Source: a virus | Lineage: Duplodnaviria > Caudoviricetes | Virus record (IMG/VR): IMGVR_UViG_3300020045_011686 | Coordinates: 1-39,826 of that record | DNA: 39,826 nucleotides | Reading direction: 5' to 3' (one strand) | Shown here: piece by piece, positions 1 to 7,251 of the stretch | Position numbering within the stretch: the first letter of the stretch is position 1 | Layout: each line of letters starts with the position of its first letter | The notes under the pieces: generated by a model | Database searches by the model: none | What the model saw: only the letters and a program-made list of their open reading frames with translations | Told to the model about the DNA's origin: nothing | Translations under genes and position numbers: made by a program

Positions 1-11
1 AAACAAAAAAT

Positions 12-449
12 ATGAAAAAAACTATTGCAACGCTGAACTTGACGCGGAATAAGACGAATACTTATCCCACGTTAAAATGCGCGGCGGAAGTTGAAAAGTT
101 TATAGCGCAACATAGCACGGATAAAACGGCACAAAGCACCCGATGGCATCTGTACGATGGCAACGGCGCGGAGTTTTACACGTTATCCGAAGAATTGAAC
201 GCAAAGCTCATGCAATATGACGGAGTGTTTAATGATATCGGTGCGCCGCTTATGCGCGGGAATAACGCAAACGTGGCACTGCTACGATTATCGGGTACAT
301 CGCGCGGCGTGAAGTTGAACACAACGGAATTGCTGGGTTATGAAGAAGTCAAGCAATATGCCGAACGCATCGCGGACGTTGTAAAACGTCTATACAGAGA
401 TTACATCGGAAAAACCGCATTAAAAGCCGTTATCCAATTCGACATATGA
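12..449 (+). CDS. hypothetical protein, first gene of amidoligase operon
   Basis: 145-aa ORF; ATGA overlap with the next gene indicates translational coupling; no recognised family. Confidence 0.75.
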   Translation: MKKTIATLNLTRNKTNTYPTLKCAAEVEKFIAQHSTDKTAQSTRWHLYDGNGAEFYTLSEELNAKLMQYDGVFNDIGAPLMRGNNANVALLRLSGTSRGVKLNTTELLGYEEVKQYAERIADVVKRLYRDYIGKTALKAVIQFDI

Positions 450-1204
450 CGTTCGGCTTTGAACTTGAAGGCGCGTTTGCCCAATTACAAAAACCGAAGT
501 GGAAGGGAAGGTTAAAGTATGACGGAAGCGTGGACGAAAGCGAAGCGCGAAAACTGCTTGAACGCGAAGGCGTGATAGCTACGGGGCAATCGGAATACGA
601 GAGCCCTGTATTTAATTCCAAAAAAGAATTATTACAGGACTTACGGACGTTTATTGACGGCGTGACGTTTTCAACCGATTTAGATTCGTGCGGATTACAT
701 CTGCATATCGGGGAAACGGGGAGACGTATAAAAAGATTACGCAATGCGATGATGAGCTTGCGTTTTCAACACGATGCACACGCCTACTTAAAAAACCGAT
801 GCGGATGTCAACACGAACGGCTTACGGGCGAACAAGCGCACTGGTGCAGATTGCCAAAAACGTCATGGGACTTGATAGGTAACGCGCACGATGAATATAA
901 ATATCAATTTATGCGTTTTCATCCGCAAGGGACGTTGGAGTTTCGCGGATTCGCGCCATGCGAACATCGGAACGTAAACGTGGCAATGTTTATTGACTAT
1001 GTGATGGACTATATCAACGGCGCGTCATCGGAAGTTGTGAAAGCGAACGCGGAAACCGTGAAGGAAACCATGAACATCGGGGGGGAACTAACAACAAAAC
1101 TTCCAAACGGCTGGCAAGTTACACGTCAGGGGACATATTACAGATTGACGAGCCCACACGAACGCCTCACATCGGCGGAAATTAGACGCGTATTCCACAA
1201 TTGA
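446..1204 (+). CDS. putative amidoligase (COOH-NH2 ligase, Amidoligase_2-like)
   Basis: Motifs in family order: TFGFELEG, YDGSV, EYESPV, SCGLHLHIG, KYQFM, GTLEFR. Confidence 0.85.
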   Translation: MTFGFELEGAFAQLQKPKWKGRLKYDGSVDESEARKLLEREGVIATGQSEYESPVFNSKKELLQDLRTFIDGVTFSTDLDSCGLHLHIGETGRRIKRLRNAMMSLRFQHDAHAYLKNRCGCQHERLTGEQAHWCRLPKTSWDLIGNAHDEYKYQFMRFHPQGTLEFRGFAPCEHRNVNVAMFIDYVMDYINGASSEVVKANAETVKETMNIGGELTTKLPNGWQVTRQGTYYRLTSPHERLTSAEIRRVFHN

Positions 1205-1205
1205 T

Positions 1206-2000
1206 ATGTGTTACATCATGGCAGTTAAGACAATAGGAAACGCCGCGCCGTTAGAAAAGACCATCAAAGAGGCGGCATGGGACAAGGTGTTCTCTAACCC
1301 CGATGGATTCTGTATCGGAAAAACGCGGACGCTGGATAAAACCGAAGCGAAAAACGCGCTGATAAACGCGCCGCTTGATGGGCTTATGCTCCATTGGCGT
1401 TTTGCTACGGCAGGAAATAAGAGCGTTGAAAACGTCCACGGATGGGAAATGAACGGATGGCGGTTTATCCATAACGGACACGCCGCGCACTATTACAGCG
1501 AAGGGACGGCGGTGAAACCGTACGATGGGAAAAACTATGGCTATCCAAACACTCACTGGGGGCGTGAGAAGTGGTGGAAAGAAGAAGAACGCAAAGAAAT
1601 AAAAAGCGATAGCGATTCGCTACGTTTTTTCAGACGTTACGTTTCACTAGTGAAACCAAACGACACGCCGAAGCGCATTGCGTCCATCATTGAGCAGTTA
1701 TGCGATGAGAAATACTTTCAAGGGCGAGCTATTCTTTACCATGAGGCGAAGGATAGGGCGTACTTTATCGGGGACTTTCAAACGTACACGTTGAACGATT
1801 CCGCTATCATGTTCACGTCCGCAACAACGGACTTCAAGGGCGAGAAGGGAAACGTCCACGGCTTGCCGTTTACGAATAGCCCGAAAGTCAAGCGCATCGA
1901 AATAGACGGCATCGGATACATCAACGGATGGAGTAAGCCGAATTGGCGATATATCAAGGTCAAGGATTCCAAACGCCTCTCGGCTTATGGAAATTACTGA
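1206..2000 (+). CDS. class II (Ntn) glutamine amidotransferase
   Basis: N-terminal MC (catalytic Cys2), NPDGF, HWRFATAG, NVHG, FIHNG, SDSDS motifs; adjacent to amidoligase. Confidence 0.85.
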   Translation: MCYIMAVKTIGNAAPLEKTIKEAAWDKVFSNPDGFCIGKTRTLDKTEAKNALINAPLDGLMLHWRFATAGNKSVENVHGWEMNGWRFIHNGHAAHYYSEGTAVKPYDGKNYGYPNTHWGREKWWKEEERKEIKSDSDSLRFFRRYVSLVKPNDTPKRIASIIEQLCDEKYFQGRAILYHEAKDRAYFIGDFQTYTLNDSAIMFTSATTDFKGEKGNVHGLPFTNSPKVKRIEIDGIGYINGWSKPNWRYIKVKDSKRLSAYGNY

Positions 2001-2543
2001 TTACACGCGGCTTACGCTGGGGGAATTGCTGACGCATAAACTATCCGCCATACGCCGCGCCGCCATGTCTATCTTGAAAACGCTACAACGCGCCGAACAT
2101 TGCCCCGTATGCGATGAATACAACGGGAAGCACTCGGACGATGCTTGCGAACCGTATCACGAATAACCTCTAACCATCTCCGCGCTCACACGCGGACAAC
2201 ACTAGAGCGACATTTGCTAGGAATGTCGCTTTTTTGTTACCAAAAAACGCCGTTCCTTGGTACTTGCGGTCAATATAGACGTGCGGTGTACGCTATGCGT
2301 AGCATTCCGCGAAAACGTATCAACGTGATACGAAAAACGAAACGGGGCGGACGCATTCACGCCAAAACCTGGCAGATTGCGGACACAATTCCACACTTTT
2401 CAATTTGCATAAGCCCCGCGCAAAACGTACAGACTCGGGAGCGAAGCGGACGAAATCGGGCGGAACGAACGAAACACGAACCGAGGCAAAAGGATTTCGC
2501 GCCAAACTTCAAAACTCCGAGCATTGATATACAAACGAGAAAC

Positions 2544-2552
2544 TTATCCACA
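2544..2552 (+). promoter_or_regulatory. DnaA box TTATCCACA
   Basis: Perfect consensus 9-mer, intergenic, 21 nt upstream of a -35 element. Confidence 0.6.
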
Positions 2553-2573
2553 AGCAAACAACCCCCGAAGGGG

Positions 2574-2602
2574 TTGCATGCTTTCTGTTTCCAGAATACC
2601 AT
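2574..2602 (+). promoter_or_regulatory. sigma70-type promoter
   Basis: TTGCAT (2574-2579), 17-nt spacer, TACCAT (2597-2602); the -35 lies in the 3' arm of hairpin CAACCCC-CGAA-GGGGTTG (2559-2576). Confidence 0.55.
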
Positions 2603-2609
2603 TTTTATA

Positions 2610-2935
2610 GCGAGTAAAAATGTTGGTTATATATTAACATTTCCACTCGCCGCGTCAATAGCGCGGTTTTCTATTAAAGACAACGCTTTTCGACGGTCTT
2701 TTCAGGACATGACCGTAAAAACTGTTCTGCCACAGTTGTGTTCTCGTTATAGAGCCCGCTCTGTCCAACCTGACAACGGGCGACTTCACGAGAACATAAC
2801 TGAAAGTAAACACCGAACCCGTCAGACAAAAATTCATTTCATGAAGGAGGGAATGACTGCCGAGGGAACGTGTTTCGAATCGCTTCACGTTTTAATTCGT
2901 ATGCTCCCTGAAGGAGATAGAGGTAAAACTTACCA
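2610..2935 (+). ncRNA. candidate structured RNA / long 5' leader
   Basis: Series of stems: 2610-2615/2645-2650, 2649-2655/2661-2667 (+U tract), 2693-2698/2711-2716, 15-bp 2733-2747/2788-2802 with inner GCCCG/CGGGC and TGTC/GACA; G-U pairs fit the + strand. Confidence 0.5.
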
Positions 2936-2937
2936 TT

Positions 2938-3261
2938 ATGATAAAATACGGTTCGCTGAGAAACTATAAGAAACATCTTCGAGCAACAAAGGATTTTCAC
3001 AATCCGTCCGAACAAAAATTCAAAAAACTCCTTGAGGAGAGGGGGATAAATTATATACGTTCTGGCTATCCCGATTTTATAATACTTGACGCGGGGGGTA
3101 ATATTTTTGGTTTCGTTGAGGTTAAGCCGAACAAAAAATCACGCCTTCGATACAATCAGCAACGTTTCGCAAGTTTTTGTGCCGAACACAACATACCATT
3201 CCTTATGTGGGTAGACGGTGAAGAGCTACCAGTGTGGGCATCGAAAAGAATTTGTGGGTAA
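2938..3261 (+). CDS. VRR-NUC / PD-(D/E)xK nuclease
   Basis: SEQKF...SGYPDFIIL...FVEVK...LRYNQQRF pattern. Confidence 0.8.
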   Translation: MIKYGSLRNYKKHLRATKDFHNPSEQKFKKLLEERGINYIRSGYPDFIILDAGGNIFGFVEVKPNKKSRLRYNQQRFASFCAEHNIPFLMWVDGEELPVWASKRICG

Positions 3262-3287
3262 TGGGTCAGGCGCACAATCTCTAAAGC

Positions 3288-3339
3288 TGTGGATAACTTT
3301 AGATAACCTATTGACAATTGTATTGAATGGGTATAAGAT
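3288..3339 (+). promoter_or_regulatory. DnaA box plus strong sigma70 early promoter
   Basis: TGTGGATAA (3288-3296), then TTGACA (3311-3316), 17 nt, TAAGAT (3334-3339). Confidence 0.75.
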
Positions 3340-3364
3340 GGCGATATATTAAAAGGTCGTCATT

Positions 3365-3508
3365 AAAATGTGGTGGTTTAACAAAGGCAGGACGGCTATG
3401 CCAACAATGCCTCGGAGCGAACTTAAATCCGCGTTGTACTGATAAACCGCAACGCACGAAGGTTTCTCATATTTCCTTCGTAGTCCGAAAGACGGTGTGC
3501 CACGTTTT
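3365..3508 (+). ncRNA. candidate multi-stem leader RNA
   Basis: Closing stem AAAATGTGGT/GCCACGTTTT (2 G-U) enclosing AGGCA/TGCCT, GCGTTGT/GCAACGC, ACGAAGG/CCTTCGT and GTC/GAC hairpins. Confidence 0.5.
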
Positions 3509-3517
3509 CAAACTTAT

Positions 3518-3694
3518 ATGGATGAAATAAAAATCGAACAAGTTATCGAAGGCGATATCGACGAGATATTACTCAAGCGTATACACCTTGAGGATTTAGA
3601 AGATGACCACGATTGTCGTACCCCGCAAGGAGATGGATGCGCGGGTTGTGAAGAGATTCTCAAATTACGAGAAGAACTAGGACAACTGTTATGA
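3518..3694 (+). CDS. small acidic protein with HxC...CxxC metal-binding motif
   Basis: ATG at 3518 right after the leader; HDC...CAGC. Confidence 0.65.
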   Translation: MDEIKIEQVIEGDIDEILLKRIHLEDLEDDHDCRTPQGDGCAGCEEILKLREELGQLL

Positions 3695-3807
3695 GTGACC
3701 CGTCAGATGTAGTGATGTTCGTGCTCGCGTTCGCTTTGGGGCTCTCATTGGTTTTTATGTCGGCGGCACTTGCCTTGTATACGTTTAACGTAGGTTGTGT
3801 AACTTAA
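3691..3807 (+). CDS. 38-aa membrane microprotein (not in ORF track)
   Basis: MSDPSDVVMFVLAFALGLSLVFMSAALALYTFNVGCVT; ATGA overlap with the upstream gene; one hydrophobic helix. Confidence 0.6.
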   Translation: MSDPSDVVMFVLAFALGLSLVFMSAALALYTFNVGCVT

Positions 3808-3815
3808 TTAAAAGC

Positions 3816-4025
3816 ATGGAAGGAGTAAAAATATATACCGACGAAGAAATAAACGAAAAACAGTCGATGAAGGCGCATCTTCGTATCCCGACAAGAGAAC
3901 AGTACGCCTATATCGAAATCGAAGTCGAAGGAACTGTCGAAGAAATTATCAGCACGTATCTCAAGGCAACCGATACATACAAAACAAAGTCGGTTGAATG
4001 GGAACAAAATAAGCCACCCTTTTAG
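3816..4025 (+). CDS. hypothetical protein
   Basis: ORF tiling the early operon; ends KPPF. Confidence 0.65.
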   Translation: MEGVKIYTDEEINEKQSMKAHLRIPTREQYAYIEIEVEGTVEEIISTYLKATDTYKTKSVEWEQNKPPF

Positions 4026-4028
4026 GTT

Positions 4029-4325
4029 ATGAAAATCATCGTAAAGCCAAACGTATCCGTTGAGTTTTTCCCCGAAAATGTATTGGAGTGGGAATATACT
4101 CTTTCGTCATTCTACGCGCGTGCGAATCGTGTAGAAGGTGAGGAAGTTACTCGAAAACATAAACCCCGCAAGAAACACACGTTCAAGAAAGCGTGCGGAA
4201 TCTGCGGGAAAGAATACAAAGGACTTACTGGAGTAAAGGTTCACAATCTTCGTATTCACGATAAGAAGTATTGGAGTCGAGCCGATAAAAAAGTAACTGC
4301 ATATGACAAAGTACAAAGTATATGA
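4029..4325 (+). CDS. C2H2 zinc-finger protein
   Basis: CGICGKEYKGLTGVKVHNLRIH preceded by a basic patch. Confidence 0.7.
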   Translation: MKIIVKPNVSVEFFPENVLEWEYTLSSFYARANRVEGEEVTRKHKPRKKHTFKKACGICGKEYKGLTGVKVHNLRIHDKKYWSRADKKVTAYDKVQSI

Positions 4326-4728
4326 GGTTGAGGAGCGTTCAACTCCCACAGGGAAAGAATTAAAAAAGTGCGTCCTTCAAGGCGAGGGACTAAAATACCC
4401 CGACAAGAACGTCACCGTATGGGAAGATTTCCCAAACTACCGTGGCGTGGTTGTGGGCGCGACCATTGAAGGCGAGATGCAAAAAACTCCCTCGAAATCA
4501 ATCAACCCACGTTCGGGACAACCGTATGTGAACAAAACACTTGTATCGGCGAGTGCGAGCGTACCTACAATACCCCCTCAGACGCAAAAAACGCCCCAAA
4601 ACGGGGCGGCAACGAAGGAAGATATACGTTTCCTCTACGATTACATAAAAGCCGAGTTTGAGGACTTAAAACAGCTCGTTGGGAAAGAGGCAGAAATTGA
4701 AATGCCAGACTTCGACGTAGCTCCTTAA
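4303..4728 (+). CDS. putative single-stranded DNA-binding protein (OB-fold-like)
   Basis: Beta-rich N-terminal ~85 aa, P/Q/T linker, acidic tail EIEMPDFDVAP; function is inferred. Confidence 0.45.
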   Translation: MTKYKVYEVEERSTPTGKELKKCVLQGEGLKYPDKNVTVWEDFPNYRGVVVGATIEGEMQKTPSKSINPRSGQPYVNKTLVSASASVPTIPPQTQKTPQNGAATKEDIRFLYDYIKAEFEDLKQLVGKEAEIEMPDFDVAP

Positions 4729-4731
4729 CTT

Positions 4732-4812
4732 ATGGAAAACGTGCTCAAAACCTACATCGCACGCAACCCCGACGGAAGTATATTACAAGTTATTGAGAAG
4801 CCAATATATTGA
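4732..4812 (+). CDS. 26-aa microprotein
   Basis: MENVLKTYIARNPDGSILQVIEKPIY exactly fills the gap between neighbours. Confidence 0.4.
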   Translation: MENVLKTYIARNPDGSILQVIEKPIY

Positions 4813-4813
4813 T

Positions 4814-5170
4814 ATGACCACACTCGATAATTGCCCCTATTGTCGTATAGACATACCACTAGAAAAATACGACAGGAAGTCATTCCAGTGGCATCTGAAT
4901 GGACATGGAGAAGAAACTATAACCACACCAGAATGGGAGAAACGCTTACGAGAACTGCTTGGCGAACACAACGACTTATTATTCAATGATAAGCGCAAGT
5001 TAGTTTGTTCTTGTGGCGCGATAGAACAGCTTTTTTCAGAGGCCATAACAGCCGCCCGCGAAGAGGAACTGGAGCGGATTGTGGGTGCGATACAAAAGGC
5101 AGAACCAAGAACACCAAAGTGGTTAGAGAAAGTTTTTTCCGACCTCACCTCTGCTCAAGCGGAAACGTAA
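4814..5170 (+). CDS. hypothetical Zn-binding protein
   Basis: ATG 4814; CPYC...HLNGH and CSCG motifs. Confidence 0.65.
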   Translation: MTTLDNCPYCRIDIPLEKYDRKSFQWHLNGHGEETITTPEWEKRLRELLGEHNDLLFNDKRKLVCSCGAIEQLFSEAITAAREEELERIVGAIQKAEPRTPKWLEKVFSDLTSAQAET

Positions 5171-5230
5171 TACTAGTTAGCTCGCCCACCACACTACCCA
5201 TTAACCAGAGAGGAGATAATAAATAAAGAT

Positions 5231-5356
5231 ATGGAAGAAGAAACAGGAATACATAAAGAAAATTGTCCCCACTGTTTAGGTCAGAGGTGTGAGTGTTTAT
5301 GTAAAGTATGTCGTCCCGATTTAATAGAGCCCCCCAGAAATAACATTACCCATTAA
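5231..5356 (+). CDS. 41-aa Cys-rich microprotein (not in ORF track)
   Basis: MEEETGIHKENCPHCLGQRCECLCKVCRPDLIEPPRNNITH; lies between two repeat copies, stop supplied by the repeat. Confidence 0.6.
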   Translation: MEEETGIHKENCPHCLGQRCECLCKVCRPDLIEPPRNNITH

Positions 5357-5367
5357 CCATAGAAAGT

Positions 5368-5700
5368 ATGAACGATAAAATTATAGAGTCGTTTCGTATC
5401 AGACTTATTGAGTTGGATGATTGTAATACACACATGAACAACATCCACGAGCCAATCAAGGGCGACATCTATTTTGACGGCGTAGAGATGGAAGCCTTTC
5501 TCCTCTCAGCCCTCTCTGAAGCCCGTCAATCAGCGTTAGAGGAGTGTAAGGGGGTTGTGGAGGGGAAGATGGACACGCTACTTGCACAAGCAGAAGGGCC
5601 GATGGACGATGAAACGTATGCACTAAAAATAAGGGCTATTTGTCGCAACCAAGCCCTCTCTGACACCCTCAAAGCAATCCGCGCACTTATGACCCATTAA
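5368..5700 (+). CDS. hypothetical protein
   Basis: 110-aa ORF; stop codon lies inside the repeat. Confidence 0.7.
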   Translation: MNDKIIESFRIRLIELDDCNTHMNNIHEPIKGDIYFDGVEMEAFLLSALSEARQSALEECKGVVEGKMDTLLAQAEGPMDDETYALKIRAICRNQALSDTLKAIRALMTH

Positions 5701-5714
5701 CCATAGAAAAGAGT

Positions 5715-6155
5715 ATGACAACGTATCAGCCAAGATGTAGCTACTGTAATAAGTTTGTGCCTTATGGCGCGGACTACTACGTCCCGTACGGCTGTGCAAA
5801 CCCCGAAGCACCCGAACCATATGACCCCAGTTTTCTGTGCAAGAAACACGCCGACGAAGTGTATAGAGAGTTTAAGAAAAGCTTTAGAAACGGGGATAGG
5901 AGTGGTGATTGGACGAAATCAGAGGCAGAAATGAGAGCCGCGAAGGAGTGCGGGCTTGCGTGGGTTGGTTCTAATGGAGTAGGGATACTTGGAGACAAAA
6001 ACGGAAACTGGAAGGAGGCACATCAATACATCAGTACAATCGAGTACGACAGGTTGAAAGCACTCCCTTACTGGGGATATTGTAAAAACTGTGGCGCAGA
6101 GAATAAAAGCGGCGCATGTTCAAAATCATGCACGCTAACCCCCCATTACCTCTAA
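5715..6155 (+). CDS. Cys-rich Zn-binding hypothetical protein
   Basis: CSYC...LCKKH and CKNC...CSKSC motifs. Confidence 0.7.
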   Translation: MTTYQPRCSYCNKFVPYGADYYVPYGCANPEAPEPYDPSFLCKKHADEVYREFKKSFRNGDRSGDWTKSEAEMRAAKECGLAWVGSNGVGILGDKNGNWKEAHQYISTIEYDRLKALPYWGYCKNCGAENKSGACSKSCTLTPHYL

Positions 6156-6165
6156 GTAATATGGT

Positions 6166-6363
6166 ATGAAGAAAACGAATAAGTGGCAGGTATACGCTCG
6201 ATTCGGCAGAGACATGAGAAGTATGGAGCGCGGTTGGAAAAGAGTTGATTTCGCTGTGCTCCGAATACACACAACACCAGACGAGGGAGCAATGTTACAT
6301 AAAAAGCAATATCACGGATTTTGGATAAAGTTTGTGATTTGGTTTCCGATAGACCGAGCATGA
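6166..6363 (+). CDS. hypothetical protein
   Basis: 65-aa ORF in operon context. Confidence 0.55.
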   Translation: MKKTNKWQVYARFGRDMRSMERGWKRVDFAVLRIHTTPDEGAMLHKKQYHGFWIKFVIWFPIDRA

Positions 6364-6551
6364 TTATCCATTGGTTAAAAGAGAGATGAAAGATATAAAA
6401 GTACTCAAACGAAAGAGAGTGGAAAGAAGTAGATATAAACAAACTGAACACTTTTGTTGATATTCACGAAAAGATATCAACAAACATCCTGTTAATGGCT
6501 AAGGGGCAGGTTCCAAATCTCTTTCCCGCGAGAAATGGGTAAAAAATGGAC

Positions 6552-6718
6552 AGCGGACTGACTGTGGTTTTAATCCACTACCTTCCGCTTAAAAACGTTC
6601 ACGCGCAAGCGAGTGGGGACTGGCAGGGGTCGTTGCGCCCCACAGGATGGGAACACAACAAACATCGGAGAATCTTAAAGTAAGGTACTCACGTAGCCAA
6701 CGATGTGACCCCTGTCAG
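6552..6718 (+). ncRNA. candidate structured RNA upstream of HNH gene
   Basis: AGCGGA/TCCGCT hairpin, CGC-GCAA-GCG (GNRA loop), 13-bp CTGGCAGGGGTCG/TGACCCCTGTCAG with 2 G-U, inner CATCG/CGATG. Confidence 0.5.
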
Positions 6719-6753
6719 ATTATGATTAGAGGAAGTGAGTAATTAACAAGGAA

Positions 6754-7065
6754 ATGAAAAAGAACCGCAAAGGAACAAAACTCGCAGAGTGGCAACGACG
6801 CGCGAAAGATGGTGGTGAGTGTAACGAGTGTAAGTCTTACGTGAAAATCTTGAACGTAGACCACATCATCCCTTGCCATATTTTAGAGGCGTTTGACGAT
6901 GACGGAAGTTTAACGCGCGAGTGGGAGGAGAACTTCCAACTCGTGTGTATGCCTTGTAATAGATTCAAGAACGCTCGTCTTGACCGCAAGAACCGAAAAA
7001 CAATCCCATTACTGGAAAAGTTCGTTAGGCATATTGCTTACGCTTCAGGTATTAACATAGTATAA
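6754..7065 (+). CDS. HNH endonuclease
   Basis: CNEC...VDHIIP...NFQLVCMPCNRFK. Confidence 0.85.
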   Translation: MKKNRKGTKLAEWQRRAKDGGECNECKSYVKILNVDHIIPCHILEAFDDDGSLTREWEENFQLVCMPCNRFKNARLDRKNRKTIPLLEKFVRHIAYASGINIV

Positions 7066-7073
7066 GTAGGTAT

Positions 7074-7247
7074 ATGAGTAAACCAAAAAACTGGCGCGAA
7101 GGACAATTTATTTTTAACTTCTTGGAGTGGTTGGCGGTTGCGAAGAACTATCCAGTAAACCAGTCATCTCGTATGGCAGACCCATTCCACATTTCTGATG
7201 AAGGATGGAATGCGCTTCTCGACGAATGGATAAAAAGTATAGAATAG
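7074..7247 (+). CDS. 57-aa hypothetical protein (not in ORF track)
   Basis: MSKPKNWREGQFIFNFLEWL...DPFHISDEGW...; fills the gap between HNH and peptidase. Confidence 0.65.
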   Translation: MSKPKNWREGQFIFNFLEWLAVAKNYPVNQSSRMADPFHISDEGWNALLDEWIKSIE

Positions 7248-7251
7248 AATT

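Larger units (their letters stand above)
5196..5709 (+). repeat. dispersed direct repeat ACCCATTAACCA (3 copies)
   Basis: Copies at 5196-5207, 5348-5359, 5692-5703; the last two extend to ACCCATTAACCATAGAAA. Confidence 0.85.

Noticed and set aside
2145-2969. 274-aa ORF in the track
   Set aside because: Non-ATG start, no motifs, atypical composition, and it runs across a promoter, DnaA box and stem-rich region; only the last 38 codons (ATG 2854 with AAGGAGG) remain a weak possibility
3438-3493. Hammerhead-like CTGATAA...GAAA
   Set aside because: Core should be CUGAnGA, and stems I-III do not form in the required arrangement
5196-5709. CRISPR-like mini array
   Set aside because: Repeats are 12-18 nt with unequal spacers (140 and 332 nt between the 12-mers) that are ORFs; no cas genes
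6360-6545. Short ORFs between 6363 and the structured region
   Set aside because: Only fragments interrupted by stops in every frame; cannot distinguish microgenes from a decayed gene
6611-6718. HDV-like/theta ribozyme reading of the pseudoknot
   Set aside because: Could not place P3/L3, P1.1 or the catalytic C in J4/2; kept only as a generic structured RNA
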